A stretch of DNA of 64,000 nt from Octopus sinensis (GCF_006345805.1 NC_042999.1:42532001-42596000), one strand, 5' to 3'; shown: positions 37,908 through 51,509, numbered from the stretch's first letter. Notes: generated by a model from the letters alone, not told the origin. Numbers and translations: made by a program.

Positions 37908-39999
37908 TCTCCTAATACAGTTAACTTTATCTTCTCTTCTTACTCACAGTAGTAGAATTCAGCTAACAAGCCCCTATCTGGTCACTTTGATTGCTAGAAA
38001 TAACAACCAAATCATCTCACTTAAATCAAGTCTTATGTAACACTTGTGTATGAAATAAATAAGGATGGTCATGACTGGAACTCCATAACAGGTCTGTTAC
38101 ATCGAAGCTGACCAAGGGTTAAATAACGACAACAACAACAAAATGGTAAATTTCACTTTTCGTACTAATCTATGCATTCTTTGAGAGTGAATTCTAAGAA
38201 TATTATTGTTATATTCATTGGGAATTCAAACACTGAAGGAAATTGATTCTACATTAGAAAAAAAAAACACTGATGAAAGGAACAAAAAATATTTCCTAGT
38301 TATAGCTGAAATTAACCATAAATCATCACCACCACCACCACTATCATCATCATCATCATTTTAGATCTGTTTTCCTTGCTGGTATGGGTTGGATAATTCG
38401 ACACAGATGTAATGAGCGGAAGGAGGAAATTGTGCTCCAATGCATCTGTTTTGGCATGGTTTCTGCAGCTGAATGCCCTTTCTAATGTCAACCACAGTAC
38501 AGAGTGTAGTAGGAGCTTTTAGTGGCACCGTCACCAGAGACATTGTCTTGCAGTTTACAAGAGCCTGCCAGGGTTTCTACAACTGAAAGAAGAATAAGAG
38601 AAAGCGTGTGGCAATTCTTAGTGAGATGATACGGCGAGACTTAAAATGTGAGGAGAGGAACAGATTTATAATTATTAGAAGGTGATAGTGAAGAGAGTAA
38701 TTAAGATTACAATACAGGAGGGAGTATGAAGAAGCCAAGAAAAGGGAGGAAACTGCTAGAGTCAGATGTTAGTGAGAAAGAGAGAGACAGAGAGATAAGG
38801 GTGATGATGTGGGTTGGGTAGAGGGATCCAATGAGATGCAGTTAGTCCACATTTCTATGTAGAGAGCAGAGGGCTGGTTTTCTGGTTTCAGCTAGCCCCT
38901 ATGTGATCACTTTGTTTGCTAGAAATAGCAACCAAATCATCTCTCTTAAATCAAGTCTTATGTAACACCTGTGTATGAAATAAATAAGGATGGTCATGAC
39001 TGAAACTCCATAACAGGTCTGTTACATCGAAGCTGACCAAGGGTTAAACAACAACAACAACAACAAAAACAAAATGAATACTCCTTCTTGGATGGGGGGA
39101 ATCCAGTTCATTATAGGATTACTGATTTTTACCAGAAGAATGGACTGCAGCAGCACAATCTTATGATCATGTGTCCAATATTCTAACCACTAAGCCATGC
39201 AATACAGAAGGGAGTATGGAAAAGCCAAGAGAAATGAGAAAACAATTAGAGTCAGATTTGAGTAAGAAAGGTAAAGACAGAGTGATAAGGGTGTTCAGGT
39301 TGGTTGGATAGAGAGATCCAGTGGGATGTGGGTAGTCCTTATTGCATTTTTAAGAAGCCCTTATTACATTTTTAAGGCTGATTTTCCAGATTCTCTTGCA
39401 TATATATTCCTCCCCTGGATGAGAAACCAATCCGTTGCTCATTTTTACCAGATGAGTAGACTGTAGCAGCATGAAATTAAGTGTTTTTGTTCAAGAACAC
39501 AATGCATCACCCAGTCCAGGGATTGAAACCACAATCTTATGATCATGAGTCCAACATCCTAACCACTAAGCCATGCACCCTCATAGAGGAATCCACTGCT
39601 AACCTACATTATATGTTTCTTTATTAGCTACACAGGGCTGAATGCAGAGGGGACAAATTACAAAGTAGGGCTTTTCTTTTTGGGGAGAGAAAAAAGGAAA
39701 ATAAAAATAATATTAAAAAAATAAAAGGGGGGTAGGTTTTCGATCAAAAGGGATCGTTAAAAAAAAACCGTCAATAGGGATCATGTATCACAGAAATGTC
39801 ATGTTGTAAAGTGTAAAGGAGGAAGCAGATAAGGTTTATCCATGGAAAGAAAAGCCTACGGAAAAGACCACAGTAACCTCAGGCAAGTATGGGCAGAAGG
39901 TGTGAGGAGTGAAACATGAAAGACAGAAATATGTGGAAGTGGTAAAGAATCTGAAGAGGGGCTATTAAGGGAAAAGTGGGATTCTGAGGTAATGAAAGT

Positions 40000-40031
<32 letters not shown>

Positions 40032-40438
40032 AGAAGGGGTGCTGAAGATGCGGAGAAGCTGTGGGGAGAGTACATAGAATACCAGACAGTAATCAACCAA
40101 ATATGTTCGTGCACATGCATGTGTATGTGTATATGTGTGTGTACACATTACGTGTGTGAGTGTGAGTGTTATGCCTCTTTCACATAAATAAGCCTGATAA
40201 CCTGTTAAGGTGGTGCCCCAGCATGACCACAGTCTAATGACTGAAACAAGTAAAAAATAGAAAGAAAAAAAATAAATAAAATAACCAGTACAAGATGTCC
40301 CATATGGTTAGACTATGTAGTCATAAAAGCACCCTCAGATGCAGATATGTCTGTCTTGTCTTTTTCAACAATAAGAAAACACAAATGCTTCTCATATCAC
40401 GCAAACATTATCACACACCTCACTTAAATCATGAGTAG

Positions 40439-40959
40439 CACTCAAATAAAGTCCTCAAATCTGCTCTAACTGTTGGATCAAACTATCCTCAAGGATCTCT
40501 CTTAGTGAAAGTACTTCCTTAACATAGTTATGATTACAGCCCAACAATAGGGCCTTCCCTTCAGGCATTGAAGATACTTCTGCCCCCAACAATTACAGAT
40601 ATTCTACAAAGCTCTGTTGAGGCCCATAATAGGATATTGCTCTCTCATCTGGCATGGTGCTGCAGAATATGCAAATATCTGACACCATCCAGGAAAGGAC
40701 ACTCAAATAAAGTCCTCAATTTTGCTCTAATTGTTGGGTCAAACTATCCTCAAGAATTCCTCAAGGTGAAAGTACCTCCTTAACATAGTTATGATCACAG
40801 CCCAACAATAGGGCCTTCCCTTCAGGAATTGAAGATACTTCAGCTCCCTATAATTACAGATATTCTGCAAGAGTCAGTTGAAGCCTTAGGATATTGCTCT
40901 CACATCTGGGATGGTGCTGCTGTTCAAGCGGGTATCTCAGACATCATCCAGGAAGGGAC
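40439..40959 (+). repeat. Tandem duplication (period about 261 bp) of a decayed LINE RT fragment
   Basis: cactcaaataaagtcctc starts at both 40439 and 40700. The remnant reading GYCSHIWDGA resembles the EYCSxxW motif of CR1/L2/Jockey-type RTs. Confidence 0.7.
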
Positions 40960-41519
40960 CACTTGATTCATTGACAAACTTTCTCCTCTTTCCACCTTTT
41001 CTGCTGCTAATATAAGGACCTTCACACCACCTCCATTCAGGTATTCTTATCCCCTCGAATCACTCGTCCCCTTATCAAGAGGGTTGTATCTAACCCTCTT
41101 GACCCCCACCCCCATGCTAGTCGCTACCAATCAGTCCTTCCTTCTCGGAAAGTCAGTCCTGTGGAACAAGATGAGATGACTGGATGCAGCTGTTTGGATG
41201 CTGGCAATTTGGCATTGCTGACTGGATACTGTGCATGCAGAAATCTACACAACAGATGGAGAGAGAGAGAGAGAGAGAGACGGAGAGAAGGAAAGAGCTA
41301 GTGAATTTATACATACACACAAACATAACAAGGTACTCAGAGAGAGAGAGAGAAAGAGACCGAGAGAAAGAGAGACAGTGGAAAAGAGAGAAGGGAGGGG
41401 AGAGAAATGTTGCAATTTATTAATTGAACAACATGATTGGCATAAACACTTTCCCTCTCTTCATAAAGAGAAACAGGCTCACAGATAGAGAGAAAGAGAA
41501 AAAGAAAGAAAGATAGTGA

Positions 41520-41989
41520 AAGAGAGAGGGTGAAAGAGAGAGAGAGGACGAGAGAGAGGGAGGACAAGAGAGGGAGGACGAGAGAGAGAGAGAGTACAAG
41601 AGAGAGAAAGAAAGACGAAGGAGAGAGGACAAGAGAGAGGGAGGATGAGAGAGAGAAAGAGAGAGGACGAAGGAAAGAGGATGAGAGAGAGAGGACGAGA
41701 GAGAGAGGACGAGAGAGAGAGAGGACGAGAGAGAGAGAGAGGACGAGAGAGAGAGAGGATGAGAGAGAAAGGACGAGAGAGAGAGGACTGGAGAAAGAGA
41801 GAGGATGAAAGAGAGAGGACAAGAGAGAGAGGACGAGAGAGAGAGAGGACGAGAGAGAGAGAGAGGACGAGAGAGAGAGAGGACGAGAGAGAGAGAGAGG
41901 ACGAGAGAGAGAGAGAATGAGAGAGAAAGGACGAGAGAGAGAGGACTGGAGAAAGAGAGAGGATGAAAGAGAGAGGACAAGAGAGAGAG

Positions 41990-42021
<32 letters not shown>
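41520..42021 (+). repeat. Polypurine (GA)n-GGAC(GA) tract
   Basis: Almost pure A/G on the + strand, with recurring gagagaggac units. Confidence 0.95.
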
Positions 42022-42025
<4 letters not shown>

Positions 42026-42502
42026 TACACATAGATACAAACATAAGATGTTCAGGCAAATGAAGAAAGAAAGAGAGAAAGGGTGAGAGACAGAGCGGGG
42101 AGAAAGAAACATTACAATTCATTAAACATGATTAGCATAAACACTTTCCCACTCGTCATCGTCATCGTCATTTAACGTCCATTGCCCATGCTGGCATGGG
42201 TTGGACAGTTTGACCAGAGTTGGTAAGCTGAGGAACTGCACCAGACTCCAGTCGAATTTGGCATGGTTTAGGGTGGTGAACTGGCAGAATTGTTAGCATG
42301 CCATAGGCGCAGGAGTGGCTGTGTGGTAAGTAGCTTGCTTAGCAGCCACATGGTTCTGGGTTCAGTCCCACTGTGTGGCACCTTGGGCAATTGTCTTCTA
42401 CTATAGCCTTGGCCAACCAAATCCTTGTAAACACACCAGCATCGGTTGTCAAGCAATGTTGTGGGGACAAACACAGACACACAAACATATACACACACAT
42501 AC

Positions 42503-42544
<42 letters not shown>

Positions 42545-43113
42545 ACAGGCTTCTTTTGAGTTTCTATCTACCAAATCCACTCACAAGGCTTTGGTCAGCC
42601 TGAGGCTATAGTAGAAGACACTTGCCCAAGGTGCCACGCAGTGGGACTGAGCCCGGAACCATGTGGTTCGTAAACAAGCTATTTACCACACAGCCACTCC
42701 TACGCTTACTGTTTACATGACATACAAAACTATGACTGTTGCTTTTATAAATTTTCTATTCCAAGGTCTTTGGGCTAAGATGCTACGGAATGATAAGAGT
42801 AAGAAATGATGAAGGAATTAAATGAGCTGAGGATAAGTTTAGAGGATCAGGAAGCATTATGGTAATGGGAGAAAAGACAGTTTGACTGGGAAAGTGATTA
42901 CAGGGTGCTGGCAAATGAACGGTTTGTCTATCAAATGAATAAAGCTTATGTGATCTGACAAAGCTTGCAACTGGTTATAAATATGGCAAAAAAAAGAAAA
43001 TAAAAATGCTCAGCTACATTTCAACAAAACAGCACTACAATAGCAACAACAAACAAAAGCAACAAGAAATCAAAAGAAAAGAGAAATATGCCAGTTAGCA
43101 AAACAATACATAC

Positions 43114-43368
43114 AAATTTGTCTGTGAGTGATGTTCTCTTTGTTTTTTTGAAAGCTTTTGGTCTGATTTATCCAGATATCTGAATAACCAGCATTATCGG
43201 CATTAGTGTTTTCATCAGAAGTAAAAGAATTTTCTTGTAGTGAAGTCTGGGATGAATCAGGTGATGTGTAATAGGAAGACTCTTTCGTTATGTGTCGCTT
43301 CTGAGGTGAGTTGTTCTCAAGCTCTGCATTTTTCTGCTTCTCCTTCTTCAACATATTGACTAAGATAC
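43114..43368 (-). CDS. KIF6: KIF6 kinesin, internal coding exon B
   Basis: GT ATC TTA GTC AAT ATG TTG AAG AAG GAG AAG gives (S)ILVNMLKKEK, continuing the recalled KIF6 motif QRDNEI-x-ILVNMLKKEK. It is 255 nt and open throughout, ending NITHRQI+T at a gtatgt donor (phase 1 to 1). Confidence 0.85.
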
Positions 43369-43385
43369 ATAGCCGGAGTCAAGGT
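43369..43385 (-). promoter_or_regulatory. U12-type branch site (ACCTTGAC) and 3' splice site
   Basis: The minus strand reads ggACCTTGACtccggctAT|GTATCTTAGTC. CCTTRAC is the U12 branch consensus, with the branch A (43379) 10 nt from the proposed 3' end. There is no polypyrimidine tract and no AG immediately before the exon. Confidence 0.75.
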
Positions 43386-46164
43386 CCATAATCAGATTGG
43401 TTGTTGAAAACATAAACAAAATCAAAATAAATATCAAAGGGAAACTGTAGTTGTGATATACCTGTGCTGGTGGCACGTAAAAAGCACAAACCAAACATGG
43501 CCGATACCAGTGCTGCCTTAACTGGCTTCTGTGCCGGTGGCACGTAAAAAGCACAATCTGAACATGGCCGATGCCAGCGCCACCTTGATTGGCTTCTGTG
43601 CCGGTGGCACGTAACAAGCACCAAGCGATCATAGCCACTGCCAGCTTCCCCTGGTACCTGTGCTGGTGGTACGTTAAAAGCACCCACTACACTCACGGAG
43701 TGGTTGGTGTTAGGAAGGGAATCCAGCTGTAGAAACACTGCCAGATCAGACTGGAGCCTGGTGCAGCCTCCTGGCTTCCCAGACGCCGATCGAACCGTCC
43801 AACCTGTGCTAGCATGGAAAACGGACGTTAAACGACAATGACGATGATGATGATGATGATGAAACAAGGCTGAAATGCAACGATTCTTTTTTGGTAAAAG
43901 TCAGCAAAAATTGTTATATTTCAGGATGGCCATTTTTTTTTTCTTGCCAAATAAACACATGCACCATATATTCATTCTTCACTCATTTATTATTGTTCTT
44001 ATGCCAATTGAATAATTTCGGTTAATTAAAGATTTTTCAGTTCCCTATATTAAATATGTGTGACTCTGCAGCATGTGTAGTTTAGAATGCCAAGGTACTT
44101 TACTTCATAGCATATGTGTGTGTGTGTGTGTGTGTGTGTATCAAAAGGACCAATAGCTTTCTCAAAGTCATAAGTTCATAAGGCTGGTTTCCTAGATTCT
44201 GTGGCATATGCAACCACCCCATCACCACTGGATGGGATGCCAACCCATTGCAGGGATACTTATTTTTGTCAGCTGTGTGGACTGAAGCAATGTGAAATGA
44301 GGTGTTTTGCTCAAGAACACAATGCACAGCCAGTTCAGGAATTGAAACCATAATCTTATGATCATGAATGCAACACCCTTACCACTGAGCCACACACACC
44401 TCCATACACACACACACACATATGTCTGTCTGTCTGTATGTATGTATGTATTTATGTAGTTTAAATTCACAGAAAACAAAAGGTGAAGACTGATAGAGGA
44501 ACAACTAGCAGGAGTATTAGTTCAACACTCATGGAAGAGCAGAAAAGTCTTTGATTATAAGTATATAGTTAACATGTGGAGGCACATGGCCTAGTGGTTA
44601 GGGTAGCGGACTCACTGTCGAGGGATCGCGGGTTCGAATCGCAGACCGGGCGATGTGTGTGTTTATGAGCAAAACACCTAAGCTCCATGGTAATGGGGAA
44701 CATCTGCTGACTCTTTTGCCACAACTTTCTCTCACTCTTTCCTCCTGCATCTAGCAGTTTACCTGCGATGGACCGGCGTCCCATCCAGGTGGGGAACCTA
44801 TACGCCAATGAAACCGGGAAACCGGCCCATTATGAGCCAGGCATGACTTGAGAAGGAACAAACATAGTTAACATAAACAAGCATGGAGGAATGAATATTC
44901 AAAAGATGATGATGATGATGAAGTTGATGATGGTACATGCTTGAGTATATGAGTGTGCATGTGTGTATGTGTGTATGTATGCATGTGCATGTGTGTGTGT
45001 GTGTGTGCGCATGTATCTGTGGCTATACTACAAGATATTTGCCAACATGCCATGTACTAGAACTGAACCCAAAGCCATATGATCAGGAACCAAACTTCTC
45101 AATCCCACACCCATCCCTGCATCCCCCCCCCCCAGTTCATATCATCTCCACCTACCAACTCACCCAGCCATCCTCAATTCTCTGCACCCTTCTAAATCTT
45201 TCTACCTTGAGGATATGCCCTGAAACCTAATTTCCACTATCCCTTCTCATTTTACCACTGTGGTACATAAGTATCTCCTTTACAGCAATACACATGTCCC
45301 AGCCCTTCTTTCCTATTTTAGCCTTTCCTACACCCAATACAATTCCACCACTCTCAATATTGCACCCCCTTTCCTGTGAAGGGATACTGCCTAACTTTTG
45401 ACCTCGTTAGTGGTGGTATCATGGAGAAAAGCACCCAGTAAACCCTGTAAAGTGGTTGGCATTAGGAAGGGCATCCATCTGTAGAAACTTTGCCAAAGCA
45501 GACACTGGGAACTAGTATGGCCCCCAGCCTAGTTAGTTCCTATCAAACTATCCAGCCTATCCCAGTATGGAACATGGATATTAATTGATGTTGATGATGA
45601 TGATGATGATGATGATGAAATATGGGTAGATTTGGTAACCTGTTATGTGTGTGTGTATGTGTGCATGCATGCGTGTGTGTTTGCATGTGTGTGTGTGCAT
45701 GCGTGTGTTACCGAAATTGCACCGATTTGCATGATTGTTGTGAATGAGTGTCACTGTCATGCAAGCAGTGTCCTTCATGTCCACTATACTGTCTGTTCAT
45801 GGGGGAGATAGTACCTTAGTTGGAAACATATGAGGGTCAGTGACAGGGAGGGCATCCAGCTGTAAAACAATCCATCTAATAACTTCCATCTGACCCATGC
45901 AAGCATGGAAAAGTGGACATTAAATAGTGCTGCTGATGATGTGGATATATGTATATATATTGGATGGGTGGATTGGTGTTAGGAAGGGCATTCAGCTGTA
46001 AAAACTGAGCCAAAACAGACACAGAAGCCTAGTGCAGGCTCCTGCCTGGTCAGCTACTGTCAAGCTGTCCAACCCATGCCATACCAGCATGGAAGGCGGA
46101 TGTTAAATGACGACGATGACGATGATGATACATGTGTGTGTATGTGTGCAGACACACATACATG

Positions 46165-46380
46165 TAGGGCGGGTGCTGAAAAATTCTTGGCTATGAATAA
46201 AGGAAAATACAGGAGGATCAGTTATGATTTTTGCAACACATTCCTCTACCAGATTCACACACTTACTGCAACAGTCTTTCAGTTTTTCTAAGCCCTGTAA
46301 AAGAACTCGGAAGGTTGGACCTACAAATAGGCCTTTTGTGATACCCTTAAACCAGGAACCTTTCAGCACCCCGCCTCATA
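46165..46380. mobile_element. Mariner-type MITE (family of 1671 and 3761, reverse orientation)
   Basis: TIRs gggtgctgaaaa / tttcagcacccc. The internal sequence is the reverse complement of 3761-3990. Confidence 0.7.
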
Positions 46381-46444
46381 CATACATATATGTGTAAGTA
46401 TATACTGGCTGGTAGCAACAGAATTAAACAAACAAACATGGATC

Positions 46445-46860
46445 GTTCCTTAACTCTTTACTCTCTTTTTACTTATTTCAGTCATTTGACTGCGGCCATG
46501 CTGGAGCACCGCCTTTAGTCGAGGAAATCGACCCCGGGACTTATTCTTTGTAAGCCCAGTACTTATTCTATCGGTCTCTTTTGCCGAACTGCTAAGTGAC
46601 GGGGACGTAAACACACCAGCATCGGTTGTCAAGCAATGCTAGGGAGACAAACACAGACACACAAACACACACACACATACATATATGCATATATACGACG
46701 GACTTCTTTCAGTTTCTGTCTACCAAATCCACTCACAAGGCATTGGTCGGCCCGGGGCTATAGCAGAAGACACTTGCCCAAGGTGCCACGCAGTGGGACT
46801 GAACCCGGAACCATGTGGCTGGTTAGCAAGCTACTTAACCACACAGCCACTCCTGCGCCT
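46445..46860 (-). mobile_element. SINE family A, full length, low divergence
   Basis: Retains many CpGs and closely matches the reverse complement of 58605-59012. Confidence 0.88.
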
Positions 46861-47630
46861 AAAGGATGAAAGGCAAAGTCGACCTCAGCAGAATTTGAAC
46901 TCAGAACATAGTGGCAGACGAAATACCGCTAAGCATTTTGCCCAGCGTGCTAACGTTTCTGCCAGCTCGCCACCATGGTTATGTTTATTTGCAAATCTTT
47001 CCCACTTTAGCTTGATGACATTAAGTACAAAAGTGCTTTTGAAACCAGTATGATCGCAGTCCAGTGAGTAAAACTAGTATGATAAAAGAACGTGTGTGTG
47101 TGTTGTCCATGCGTTTGTGTATATAACTGTGTGTGTATGTTTGTGTGGTTATCTTTAGAATATGCAACTAAAATGAAGTAGCAAAATTTCGATCTTAGAA
47201 TTACATACAAATGTAAGTAGAAAACAAAATCTGGAATCTTTTTCCTTTAAGCTGTCATTATATTTCTGTAGACAACATTTCTTACATCCCTGTAAGTTGG
47301 TGAACAAAATACGAAAAAAAAAAAAAAAAATTACAAAGAAAATGAGTTGAAAACATAAATGTTATTAAATAACATAGAAAATATACATTTTAGAAAAATA
47401 CACGAAATAAAACGCATATAAATACACAACCACATTCACACAAAATTTCTTCAGGAATTTTTATAAATTTAACTTTAAAAGAAATTTCTGTACTTAATCA
47501 ATATATATAAACATGTGTTAGTGTCGGTCCAGAATTATATATATATATATGTGTATATATATATATATATAATATATATATATAATATATATATATATAC
47601 ATATACATATATACATATATATATATGTAT

Positions 47631-47666
<36 letters not shown>

Positions 47667-47715
47667 CATGTATATATATATATATACATATTACACACAC
47701 ATATATATATATACA

Positions 47716-47753
<38 letters not shown>

Positions 47754-47760
47754 AATGTGC

Positions 47761-47805
<45 letters not shown>

Positions 47806-48062
47806 TACACATGCATACACCCACACGACTGAGCAAATATAATATACCACTGTATATAAGCAAATGTGCATGTATTTCCATTTATAAACATACACACACA
47901 CACATACATACATACATATAAATATGTGCGCTTACAAATGCATACAAACACACATACCAATTTGCAGGTGTATACATGTAAGTATATGTGTGAACATATA
48001 TATATGTGTGTGTGTGTGTGTGTGTATGCATGTATATGTATGTGTGTGTGTGTGTATGCATG

Positions 48063-48094
<32 letters not shown>

Positions 48095-48769
48095 TGCATG
48101 TATGTACATATGTATGTAAATTTCTGCAAACAGAAAGCAAGTTTTTTACGACAAGTTATGCTGTATACATTCATATGTACCATATGCATCTTTCTCTCTC
48201 TCTTTTTACACACATACACATATATCTATATATCTATATATCTATATATATATACATCATCATCATCATCATATATATATGCATGCAGATATATGTTGTA
48301 GAAATGCTTATGTGTGTACTTTTAATTTTTCATTTCTTTTTCCATTTGCATATGTACCAAGCAAAAGTATATCTGCACATATGAATGTGTTTACACAACC
48401 ATACACACACACACACACACATGTATATACACACATATATATATACAGACATAGATATATATTTGAATTTGTATTTGTTTGTGAGAGGGTCTGTTTGAAT
48501 GCACAAAGTGAGTGCATACCATGCTAATACATGCATGGTCATATTACTGCACACATACACGTAATCACGTGTATGGAATAGAAAAATAGCCCTCGGATGG
48601 ATTCAAAATAAAGAATCTAAGTTAAATCAATTTTACATATAAAGAAAAAGTAAAATGTGATGCAAATCAAGACTAAATTCAGCTTCGGTTGGGAAATAGT
48701 ATTAGCATAGATGATTGGCTGCAGGAGGGAAAAAAAAGTGTTGAGGTGGGAGAAGTGCAGGGGAATGGG

Positions 48770-49222
48770 GAGGTAGTGTGGAGGAGGAGGAGGAGGAGAA
48801 GGAGGAGGAGAAAGGAAGAGGAGAAGGATGAGAATGAGGAGGAGGTGGAAGACAAGTGAAGGGCAAGGAAGTTGAAGAGAAAGAGGGGGAGGGTAAGTAT
48901 GAAGAACGAAGCAAGTGAGGGCGTGAGGAAGGAAAAGAAACAGGAGGATGAGAATGAGGAGGAGGAGGTGGGTGGGAGTAGATTGAAGAGGATGAAAGAC
49001 AAGATGAGTGAGAAGCGAAGAAGAGGAGGAGGGGGAGGCAGCTAAAGATGGAGATGAGTGAAAGGCGAGGAAGGAAAAGGATGAGAAGGAGGAGCAACAG
49101 CAACAGTAGGAAAAAGAAAAGGAAGAAGAAACAGGTGGAGGAGGAGGAGAAGGAGGAGCAACAGCAACAGTAGGAAAAAGAACAGGAAGGAGGAGGAGGA
49201 GGAGGAGGAGGAGGAGGAGGTA
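48770..49222 (+). repeat. (GGA)n-rich polypurine low-complexity tract
   Basis: Directly visible, with short internal duplications such as aggagcaacagcaacagtaggaaaaaga twice. Confidence 0.9.
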
Positions 49223-50825
49223 GAAAAAGAATTTGCAGTGGAGCAAGGGAATCCTGAAATGGTGGTTGGGGGCGGTGACGCAAGGTAGAAGCAGACCTGA
49301 GTATCAATGAGGCAGGTGAATTAAATTGCTTCTTAAAAAAATGCAAAAAAGACAAATAAAAAAAGAAATACCGTGTGTGGATTAAATGGCTTACCAAATA
49401 TAATCTCTATGAAATAAGGAAGCCTCTATAGAGTTACTTTACTGGATAGAAAGAGCAGCTAAACTGCCATTGAGTCACATCTTACCATCTTAAAAAAAAA
49501 ATGGAAGGACACCTGGAGTAATGTATTTTTAATGCTGGGTGGTTGGCGTTAGCGGAAGGGCATTCAGCTGTATAAACCATGCCAAAACTGAAACAGAAGT
49601 CTGGTGCAGGTTCATGCCTGGCCAGCTCCGGTCAAACCGTCCAACCCATACCGGCATGGGAGGCAGATGTTAAATGATGATGATGATGATGATGATGATG
49701 TAAAAAACATGGGAGCTTAAAGCTGGAAACCCCTTGATCAAAGACCTACTCGATTCCAGCTGAGTCAGGGATAAACACTAACAGCAACAACAAGAAGTTC
49801 CAAGAGACTATTCCATTCTCTTCGTCATTCTTTCCCAGCATTCCCATCTGATTTCTAGCCCTTTTTATGTTCTCCCTATATCCTTTCCCCCTTTTCCTTT
49901 ATGTACTCTGACTATTTCGCTATCTCACTCCCTCTATGCTTCTTTCTTCCTTCCTTTCTTTCTTCCCTTTCGTTTTTGTTTTTCTGCTGATGAACAATGA
50001 TATCTGAAATATTAAAACTCTTTCACCACAACTTTCTCTTACTCCTACTTTCTGTTTCTGTTGTACCTGTATTTCAAAGGGCCAGCCTTGTCACACTTTG
50101 TGTATTGCTGGATCTCCCCAAGAACTACGTTAAGGGTACACGTGTCTGTGGAGTGTTCAGCCACTTGCATGTTAATTTCATGAGCAGGCTAATACCTTAT
50201 TTGTCAAACTTTGTTCTTTGTGTGTGCATTTGTGTGTGCCTGTGTGTGTTGTGTGTACACACACACACATATCATCATTATCATCATCATCGTTTAACAT
50301 CCGTTTTCCGCACTAGCATGAGTTGGACAGTTCAACCAGGGTCTGGGAAGCTAGGAGGCTGCACCAGGCTCCAGTCTGATCTGGCAGTGTTTCTACAGCT
50401 GGATGCTCTTCCTAACGCCAACCACTCCGCGAGTGTAGTGGGTGCTTCTTACGTGCCACCGGCACAGGTGCCAGGGGAGTCTGGCAGCAGCCACGATCGG
50501 TTGGTGCTTTTAACGTGCCACTGGCACAGAAGCCAGTCAGGGCGGTGCTGGCATCGGTCACGCTCAGATGGTGCTTTTTACGTGCCACCGGCACAGAAGC
50601 CAGTCGAGGCGGTGCTGGCATCGGCCACGTTCGGATGGTGCTTTTTATGTGCCACTGGATATATATATATATATATATATATGGCAGTGATCCAGTATGG
50701 CCACAGCCTTAGAGCTGAAACATGTAAAAGAATAAAAGAATATATACCCTAGAATAGAAACAAAATCAAATGTTGATATGCTGGATGCATTTAATACATA
50801 TGCTTCCCATGGTGGTTGGCACTCC

Positions 50826-51200
50826 GTCGGTTATGATAACGAGGGTTCCAGTTGATCCAATCAACAGAACAGCCTGCTCATGAAATTAACGTGCAAGTGG
50901 CTGAGCACTCCACAGACACATGTACCCTTAACGTAGTTCTTGGGGAGATTCGGCATGACACAGTGTGTGACAAGGCTGACCCCCTTGAAATACAGGTACA
51001 ACAGAAGCAGGAAGAAGGAGTAAGAGAAATTTGTGGTGAAAGAGCGCAGCAGGGTTCACCCCCCCCCACCTGCCGGATCCTCATGGAGCTTTAGGTGTTT
51101 TCACTCAATAAACACTCACAACACCCAGTCTGGAAATCGAAACTGAGATCCTAAGACCGTGAGTCCGCTGCCCCAACTACTGGGCCATTGCGCCTCCACA
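50826..51200 (-). mobile_element. tRNA-headed SINE family D
   Basis: Minus-strand head gtggaggcgcaatggcccagtagttggggcagcggactc...gtttcgatttccag. Body fragments also occur at 4230-4360 and 50020-50200. Confidence 0.8.
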
Positions 51201-51478
51201 TGTTTCCAGTAGTTATGCAAAATATGTAGGAATTATCTTACATAACCACTGGAAACACATGTACTAAATGCATTCAGAATATAAACATTTGCTTTTGCTT
51301 TTATTCTTAGCATTATGTGACTCTCTTCCATAACAATCTGGCTGTCCTTGCTTTGATAGTATGGTTAATACACCAAGGATATAGGAATGGAATGTTTTAC
51401 CAGACCTCAACCCAAAAACTTCTAGTAAAGTATATTGCATCAAAGCATGCCCTTCAGTATATATGTATGTGTGTGTGG

Positions 51479-51509
<31 letters not shown>

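Noticed and set aside
41337-42122. Long SL/ER-rich ORFs, and the Pro/Ser-rich ORFs at 48617-49397
   Set aside because: They arise from stop-free polypurine or polypyrimidine low-complexity tracts.
43114-43330. Ser/Thr-rich part of exon B as a lineage-specific insertion
   Set aside because: Its length is similar to the poorly conserved linker I recall in vertebrate KIF6, so it is probably just divergent.
50690-50740. Possible sixth hammerhead (GAAAC-AT-GTA-AAAG)
   Set aside because: Only the 3' half is recognisable. There is no CUGANGA core or stem I partner.
49997-50752. 251-aa ORF and similar ORFs at 16618-17022, 25099-27565, 37357-37820 and 43360-43867
   Set aside because: They are read-throughs of SINE family C or D sequence that recurs across the window.
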